Assembly (NCBI RefSeq): GCF_009914755.1
Contig: NC_060925.1
Direction: 5' to 3' (one strand)
Source of the DNA: the human T2T-CHM13v2.0 reference genome, Homo sapiens
DNA length: 64,000 bases
Part shown: piece by piece, positions 56,196 to 64,000 of the stretch
Position numbering within the stretch: position 1 is the first letter of the stretch
How the letters are laid out: every line of letters starts with the position of its first letter
The notes under the pieces: generated by a model
What the model was told of the DNA's origin: nothing
Database searches by the model: none
What the model saw: only the letters and a program-made list of their open reading frames with translations
Program-made: the position numbers and the translations under genes

Positions 56196-56770
56196 TTTGC
56201 CTTTTATGTTTTACCTCATTGGCATAATTTACCGTTATGAGAGTAGGTAAGAGACATTTTCTTATGTTGTTAATGATAGATGATACTGTTGAAAAATATT
56301 TCAACTAACCAGCTTTTAATCAGAAATTAGTTTTTATTTTTTATTCTAAGTACGGAGTTATTGTGTATCTTAAGGTCTTTCAGTTAATCTCTGAAATGTT
56401 TTCTCTAGAATGTTTTACTTATATTTTTTTCCATTTCCATAAAACCATCTATCTATATAAAATTACATATAATAAGATATTTTTCTATCACTTCTTAACT
56501 ACAAAATGATAAATCATACTGCATCTACGGGCCTTTTTTATCCTATTTGTGTCCTAATATTTTTAACATCCTCTCCCAATTAAGACTTACTCATTATTCA
56601 TATTTCACTTTGATTGTTTTTACCTGAGTGAGAATGTCTGTAGTATTCTTGATTAGGTTACATCTCTGTCTTAGAAACATTATGTATATCTTATATTTAG
56701 TATGTAAGGTACTTATATGCTATTGAGATATGTGCTGTTTTGCAATTTTACATTTATTTATATTAGTTTG

Positions 56771-56878
56771 TATATATCTATATCTATATCTATATCTATA
56801 TCTATATAGATATAGATATAGATATAGATATATATAGATAGATATATATATATAGATATAGATATAGATATAGATATC
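56771..56878. repeat. (TATATC)n/(GATATA)n inverted microsatellite with a 54-bp perfect palindrome
   Basis: 56779-56832 equals its own reverse complement, centre 56805/56806. Confidence 0.95.
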
Positions 56879-56879
56879 T

Positions 56880-56992
56880 GTCTTCCGCAAGAGGCTGCAA
56901 GCTGCTTGACCCTGAGTTTGTGTCCCCAGAATTAGCACAATGTCTGACTCACAATAGGCCATCAATAAATATTAAACTGAATAAGTTAATAA
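56880..56992 (+). mobile_element. L2 3' end
   Basis: TGTGTCCCCAGAATTAGCACAATGTCTGACTCACAATAGGCCATCAATAAATATT. Confidence 0.7.
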
Positions 56993-57174
56993 ATAGCAAC
57001 CTGCTGTAATGAACATAAAATTAGCCAACTTGAAAAAGTCCCATGGTTCTCAGATTTAACTAATTTGATACTAATTTCATGTCAAATTTTTCCATTTTCT
57101 TGTGTGTGCATCATTACCTTTTCTTCTAAATATCTCCTATTGTCTGACAGTAACCAATGACAATGACTGGGCTT

Positions 57175-60100
57175 AACCTGTATAGGTTTACCAATTTATT
57201 AATCTTTTGAAAAAGCAACTTTTGATTTGTTAATTTTTCTCTACTGTATACCTTTTCATTATTATTTAATTTTTATTTTAGATTGAGGGGTTACGCATAC
57301 AGGTTTGTTATATGGGTAAACTCATGACACGAGGTGTTGCTGTACAAACTATTTCATCACCCAGGTACTAAGCCTGGTACCTGATAGTACTTTTTTCTGA
57401 TCTTCTCCCTCCTCTCACCCTCCAAGTTCACGTAGGCCCCAGTGTCCTTTGTTTCTCTCTTTCTATCCATGAATTCTCATTATTTAGCTCCCAGTTATAA
57501 GTGAGAACGTGTGGCATTTGGTTTTCTGTTCCTGGGTTAGTTTGCTAAGGATAATGGCCTCTATCTAGCTCCATCTGTGTTTCTGCAAAGGACATATTCC
57601 AATTCTTTTTACACTGCATAGTATCCTATGGTGTATATTTACTACATTTGATGTATCCACTCTACTGTTGATGGGCATTTAGGTTGATTGCATTTTGCTA
57701 TTGTGAATAGTGCTGCAATGAACATGTAATATGTCTTTTTAGTAAAATGATTTATATTCCTTAGGGTATATAACCAGTAAAGGGATAACTGGGTTAAATG
57801 GTAGTTCTGTTTGTAGTTCTTTGAGGAACTGCCACACTGTTTTCCACAGTAGTTAAACTAATTTACGTTACCACCAGTAGTGTATAAGTGTTTCTTTTTC
57901 TCTGCCACTTCGCCAGCATCTGTTATTTTTGGCTTGTTAATAATAGCCATTCTGACTTGTGTGAGATGATATCTCATTGTGGTTTTGGTTTGTATACCTG
58001 GTTACAATTTTATTGTTTTTTTGCTTTAGTTTGTATTGTTTCTTTTCTTCTGATTGCTTTAGGTTTAAATTGCTTTACTCTGTTTAGTTCTCAAAGACAG
58101 AAGCTTACATTATTGATTTTAGGTCTTGCTTGTTTTTTTAACGTACACATTTAATATTATCAATTTCCCTTAAGTCATGTTTTTGCAGTATTACAAATAC
58201 TATATTTTGCTGTATTACAGTATTGAATTTTAAATTGCATTTTTATTTCACTTAGTATAACTTTTTAAAAATATATATTTTGAGTCTGCTTTGACACATG
58301 TTATTTACAACTGTGTTTTAGAATTCCCAAATATTTGGAGATTTTCCAGCTAATTTTCTCTTATTTCTAGCTTAATATAATTGTGGTCTGATAATATACT
58401 TTTTATGATTTCTATTTTTTTTTTAATACTGAAGGTGAGCTTTATGGCCCAGTATGTCAAACCTTGGTGAATATCCCATGCTAGCTTGAGAAGAATGTAT
58501 ATTCTGATTTTGTTGGGGGTAGTATTTCCCGAATGTTAACTAGATCAAGTTATTGATAGTGATCTTCAGGTTAACTATATCCTTACTTATTTTCTGCCTG
58601 GGTTATCAATAAGTTATTGAAAGATTGGTATTGAAGGCTTCAACTATAATAGTGATTTGTTTGTTTCTCCTTTTAGTTATATCAGCTTATTATTTCTCCT
58701 GCAAATATTTTGAAAGTCTGTGTTAAGTTCATACACATTTAGGATTCTTATGTATTCCTAGAGAAATAATTTATTTATTATAATGTATTGACCCTCTATA
58801 TGTATGATAATTTTCTTTTCTAAAGTCTGATTTATATGAAAGTAACATAAATCATCCAGCTTTCTTTTAATTTTATTGTATTATTTAATTTTTATTTATT
58901 TTTCTTTTTATTTATTTTTGTGTGAAAGTAACATAAATTATCCAGCTTTCTCTTTATAAATATGCTATGTTTTCTATTCTTTTTATTTTTGACATATATA
59001 ACTTTTAACCTTTAAAATGAGTTTCTTGCACAGAACATATATATGCATCTTGGTGTTATATTCACTCTGAAGTTTTCTGTCTTTAAATTTAAGTATTTAA
59101 AATAATCACATTTAAAGTGATTATTGATACAGTTGGACCTAACCAATTTGTAGCTGTTTTCTATTCATTGCACTGGTTCTTTTTTGGTGTTGCTTCTGCT
59201 TCTTCTTGTTTTTCTCTTCTATTTTTTTTAAAAATCTTCTATCTTCTCTTTATCTCTTGTCTAGTTTTAACTGGGGAGTGTATGTGATTTAATTTTCTCT
59301 TCTCTCTTAGTATATAAACTATCTTTCCTTTTAAAATAAATTAGTGGTTATTTTAGAGTTTACAATATACATTTTTAACTACCTAGTTATACCTACATAC
59401 TCTGTATGTAGGGCAAGGATCTTAAAACAGAATATTCTCAATTCCTTTCTTCATTCCTTTTGATGTTGCTGTCATTCATTTCACTTAATCATGAACTATC
59501 ATGACTCAGTACAGTGTGACTACTATTGCTTTAAACTAACACTTATTTAAGTCAACTAGGAATATAAAAATTAAAAGTTTTACTTGAACTTTTAATTATT
59601 CTTTATTGTTTTTGTCAGTTGAAGAAAGGAGTCTCTTGAGGCACATCCAATAGATGCAAGTTTTTTGTCTATATAATTTTATTCTCCCTGAATGTTTTTC
59701 TTCTAAATTTTTTCTGGGAATGTCTGCTGGCAATAAATAGTCTTTCTTTCTTTCCTCTTTTGGTCTGAGATAGCATTTATTCAGTTTAAAAGGATAATTT
59801 TACTGGATATAAAATTCTGTTTTTTAAAAATATTTAATGATTTACAGATTTTATTCCAATTTATCCTTACTTACATCATTTTTCCACCAGAAATCAATTG
59901 TAATTCTTATCCTTTTTTTTTTTTTTTTTTTTGCAGGTAAATGTTCCCTGTCTTCTTAGAAGATTCCCGTTTTGGTTTCGTGCAGTTTGAATATAGCTTT
60001 AGGTGTAGAATTTTGGAATTTATCCTACTTGTTCTGTAACATTCTTAGATCTATAGTCTTGTATCTATAATTAATTTTGGAAAATTCTTAGCCATTGTTG

Positions 60101-61545
60101 CTTCAAATATTTCTTAGGCTCCATTGTCTCTTTATTTTCTGAATGTTCCAATTATAAATTTGTTACAACTTTTGAAAGTTTCCCACAGTTTTGGGGTGTT
60201 CTGTTCTGCTTTTTAAACATTCTTTTTTCCTTTCAGTTTTGGAAGTTTCTATTCACCTAGCTTCATGTTCACTGATTCATTCATCAACTATGTATAGTCT
60301 CCTGATGATCTCCTGAAAGGTTTTCTTCATTTATAGTACAAAGTTTTAAAAAAAATTCTAACATTTTTCTTTGACTAATTCATAGCATTTCCATCTATCT
60401 GCTTACATTGTTCTGTTCTTTCTTGTCTATTTTTGCCTTAGAGCCTATAGCTAATTAATCACACTTATTTTAAAATCCCCAATCTAATAATTCCCAAATC
60501 TCCATCATATCTGAATCTGGTTCTTGTGCTTGCTTGGTCTCTTCAGGCTGTGTTTTTTCTTGTCTTTTAGCATGTTTAGAATGTTTTATTGAAAGCCAAA
60601 CATACTGGTGATAAGAACTGAAATGAATAGGTCTTTAGTGTGAGGTCATATGTTAGCTAGCCAGAAGTTGGGCAGTGTCTAATGTTTGCTGTAGCTGTGT
60701 CCAAGGCTTCAAATTCCTTTTTTGCTTTCCCTCTCTCTCCCTTTTTTTTGTTTTTGTAATGTGCTTTATTACAGACTTCTACTTAGACTCATGCACTTTA
60801 AAAATGTAAACTTAATCCACTGTTATACTGTTGCCCTTCTTTTTGTGATGATAAGATATAGGGGAGGATAAATTCTGTAATCTTATCCTTAAGTCTCAGT
60901 TTTCTAATGACCTTGAGTCCCTGGGTTGTTGCCTTCAAAAGAATTTCTTAGCTTTCCTTCAAACCCGCAAGCAAAACAAGTAAACTACAGGGAACTGCGG
61001 CCAGAGAAATATCCTTCCTTCAGGTGGTATTAGGTTCTGGAAAGTCTTTGCCCCTGGGGATTAGGTCTTTAGTAGGATGAATGCTCTGGACATTCATAGT
61101 TCACAATTGTTACCTTTCCCCTCCTCCCACTAAAGGAGAGATTTCTTGGCTTTTACTGTGAGACACTGGCAGGGTTCCTGGAGGTCATATCTAGGATATT
61201 TGAGGGATCCTGTTAAAGACTGTGGCCCAGAGAAGTTTCTTACTTTCAAGCTAGCCCACACTCAGTCTTCAGGTATGACAGATTCTTCAAAATCACCATT
61301 TAAGAGTGCTTGTCAGTTTACTGCTCCAGCAGCTTCTGCTCCAGTTTAGCAAATCTCAACTGGGACTTTATGGATTCACCTGTCTCCCGAGATTTCAGAG
61401 TGGCAGTTTGCTGTAGAACTCCAGTTCTTTCATATGTCCAAGAAGAGTAATTGATTTTCAGCCTGTACGGTGTGTTTCTTGCTATCAGAGCAGAAGTGAT
61501 GACATCTATGCTCTTTACATGTCAGAGATGAAACAAGACACCATC
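57175..61545 (-). mobile_element. Old L1M4/L1MD-ME-type element (5'UTR, ORF1, start of ORF2), interrupted by an L1PA
   Basis: Antisense motifs GCTTGAGAAGAATGTATATTCTG, ATAATCACATTTAAAGTGATTATTGATA, TTTTGGAAAATTCTTAGCCATT; 5' end CTCTTTACATGTCAGAGATGAAAC. Confidence 0.7.
57254..57990 (-). mobile_element. L1PA15/16-like 3' fragment
   Basis: CAGGTTTGTTATATGGGTAAAC...TCATCACCCAGGTACTAAGC; TSD TGTATACCT at 57245-57253 and 57991-57999. Confidence 0.85.
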
Positions 61546-62799
61546 TCCCTCATTTTTCATGAGCATATTTGCAATCTCTAACCTTTAACCCTCCATTCTG
61601 TCAGTATTATACTAAACAATAAACAAAATTCAAAGAGTACTTTTAAGTTCCTGTTTTTCATGAAAATACTTCTTTCCTTGTCATTTTATCTCCACATGTG
61701 TAGCATATCTATGTACTACGTGGTAGGCAGCTACGTATACCTACAAGTGAATGGATGGAGTGTGACACTTGGACATAAGTTCCGTTACCAAAATTCCTGT
61801 TTGTACTTTGTGCTTATTTCAGTCTGCACAATGAGCTCATCATCTCACGCATTAAAGGTCTTCTCCTGTGATATGAGCCATCCTGTAAGTTGACTAATTT
61901 GATACAAAGTACTTTGAAAGTAGTAATTGTGCAGTTATTAATCTAATAACTTTTTGTTGATAGTGGCTGACAATATTTTGATATAGGGTCAAGGACATTT
62001 CTGTAACTACGGATACACATTTCAGGCTAGCATTGTTTCATTAACAGAAAACACAGCCATACTCATCTTAATAATTGTTTATTTTAACCTATTTTAAATA
62101 AAATAAAAACATAATGATTTATGAATCAAAATGAATGCATCCTCTTTTTAGATTTTCACATAAAATTTTATACTATTGTCATTGGTACAACTAATTTGCA
62201 AAATATTTGTATAAACAAACTGAATTTATAAAACGTTTTCAAAGAAAATTTTTTCAAAGCATTTGGACTTAAAGAGATTACTTTCATTTTTGTTCTCATA
62301 TTTCCTTGGTGATATTTAAGTGCTATGAGTATAACCAGCATACATAACTTTGGGAACAAATGGCATTAATTTGAGGAAAGCAAAGTTAATTTTCAGAATA
62401 GTGAAGATACTGTAGAGTATACCCTGAAAGCCACAACTACTTTAGCATTATGAGTACGTTGTGTAGTATGTTTATAGAGGAAATGGAGAGTAACATTTTA
62501 TGGAGTGTGTTTGTTAAATAAACAATGGTAAAAAGACTTCCTCCATTTTTCTCCAGTAGTTCATGTAACAACATCCTTTTATTCCTAGAGTAGAGATTTA
62601 CGGATTTGAATATGATAGCAAGAGATTAATTGTGATAATTACTTTCCAATCAATTAACCTGTGTTTCAGTTCTAGAAAATAAAAGCATTTTCAAATTTAG
62701 AAAGATAGCCAGTGGTATTAGCAATAAGTTATAACTCTATTTCTTAAAATGAAGGTTAAGTAATAGCTATTCTTTCTTGGATTAAAAAAAAAACATACT

Positions 62800-64000
62800 G
62801 GGGGAGGAGCCAAGATGGCCGAATAGGAACAGCTCTGGTCTACAGCTCCCAGCATGAGCGACACAGAAGACGGTGATTTCTGCATTTCCATCTGAGGTAC
62901 CGGGTTCATCTCACTAGGGAGTACCAGACAGTGGGCGCAGGACAGTGGGTGCAGCCCACTGTGTGCGAGCCGAAGCAGGGCGAGGCATTGCCTCACTCGG
63001 GAAGTGCAAGGGGTCAGGGAGTTCCGTTTCCTGGTCAAGGAAAGGGGTGACAGACGGGACCTGGAAAATTGGGTCACTCCCACCCGAGTACTGCACTTTT
63101 CCGACGGGCTTAGGAAACGGCACACCAGGAGATTATATCCTGCACCTGGCTCAGAGGGTCCTACGCCCATGGAGTCTCACTGATTGCTAGCACAGCAGTC
63201 TGAGAACAAACTGCAAGGCGGCAGGGAGGCTGGGGGAGGGGTGCCCGCCATTGCCCAGGCTTGCTTAAGTAAACAAAGCAGCCAGGAAGCTGGAACTGGG
63301 TGGAGCCCACCACAGCTCAAGGAGGCCTGCCTGCCTCTATAGGCTCCACCTCTCGGAGCAAGGCACAGACAAACAAAAAGACAGCAGTAACCTCTGCAGA
63401 CTTAAATGCCCCTGTCTGACAGCTTTGAAGAGAGTAGTGGTTCTCCCAGCATGCAGCTGGAGATCTGAGAACGGGCAGACTACCTCCTCAAGTGGGTCCC
63501 TGACCCCCGAGGGGCCTAACTGGGAGGCACCCCCCAGTAGGGGCAGACTGACACCTCACACGGCCGAGTACTCCTCTGAAACAAAACTTCCAGAGGAATG
63601 ATCAGACAGCAGCATTTGCAGTTCACAAAAATCCTCTGTTCTGCAGCCACTGCTGCTGATACCCAGACAAACAGGGTCTGGAGTGGACCTCTAGCAAACT
63701 CCAACAGACCTGCAGCTGAGGGTCCTGTCTGTTAGAAGGAAAACTAACAAACAGAAAGGACATCCACACCAAAAACCCATCTGTACATCACCATCATCAA
63801 AGACCAAAAGTAGATAAAACCACAAAGATGGGGAAAAAACAGAACAGAAAAACTGGAAACTCTAAAAAGCAGAGCGCCTCTCCTCCTCCAAAGGAATGCA
63901 GTTCTTCACCAGCAATGGAACAAAGCTGGACAGAGAATGCCTTTGACGAGTTGAGAGAAGAAGGCTTCAGATGATCAAACTACTCTGAGCTACAGGAGGA
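62800..64000 (+). mobile_element. 5' end of an L1PA3/PA4-like LINE-1 (complete 5'UTR and start of ORF1), continuing beyond the window
   Basis: GGGGGAGGAGCCAAGATGGCCGAATAGGAACAGCTC start with the YY1 site; ~1028-nt 5'UTR; ORF1 ATG at 63828 (MGKKQNRKTGNSK). Confidence 0.95.
63828..64000 (+). pseudogene. L1 ORF1 N-terminus with premature stop at codon 49
   Basis: In-frame TGA at 63972-63974 where intact ORF1 has CGA (CpG decay). Confidence 0.9.

Noticed and set aside
53880-56450. Probable old antisense L1ME fragments around the L1PA4
   Set aside because: Only weak motif similarity; boundaries unsupported

Overview
AT-rich, repeat-dense primate (most likely human or great-ape) genomic DNA: AluY/AluS, L1PA, LTR12C, MER4, MST/MLT, MER/Tigger and L2. 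I can support no protein-coding exon or RNA gene; the ORF track is almost entirely repeat-derived or chance. The standout is a ~1.65 kb L1-mediated retrocopy at 4404-6074 (TSD, AATAAA, short poly(A)) of a 3'UTR-like transcript whose Alus carry dense strand-specific A-to-G changes, i.e. an ADAR-hyperedited RNA fixed in the genome. A twin-priming 5' inversion flips the signature to T-to-C, and a later unedited AluY serves as an internal control. Other notable structures: a full-length L1PA16-like element with an apparent 3' transduction inside a Tigger2 element, a collapsed Alu with fold-back hairpins, a duplication with an inverted templated junction, an L1MC apparently split by ~14.4 kb, an internally deleted or spliced old L1, and a 54-bp perfect AT palindrome. 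Repeat subfamily calls come from recalled consensus sequences and need RepeatMasker/Dfam confirmation.
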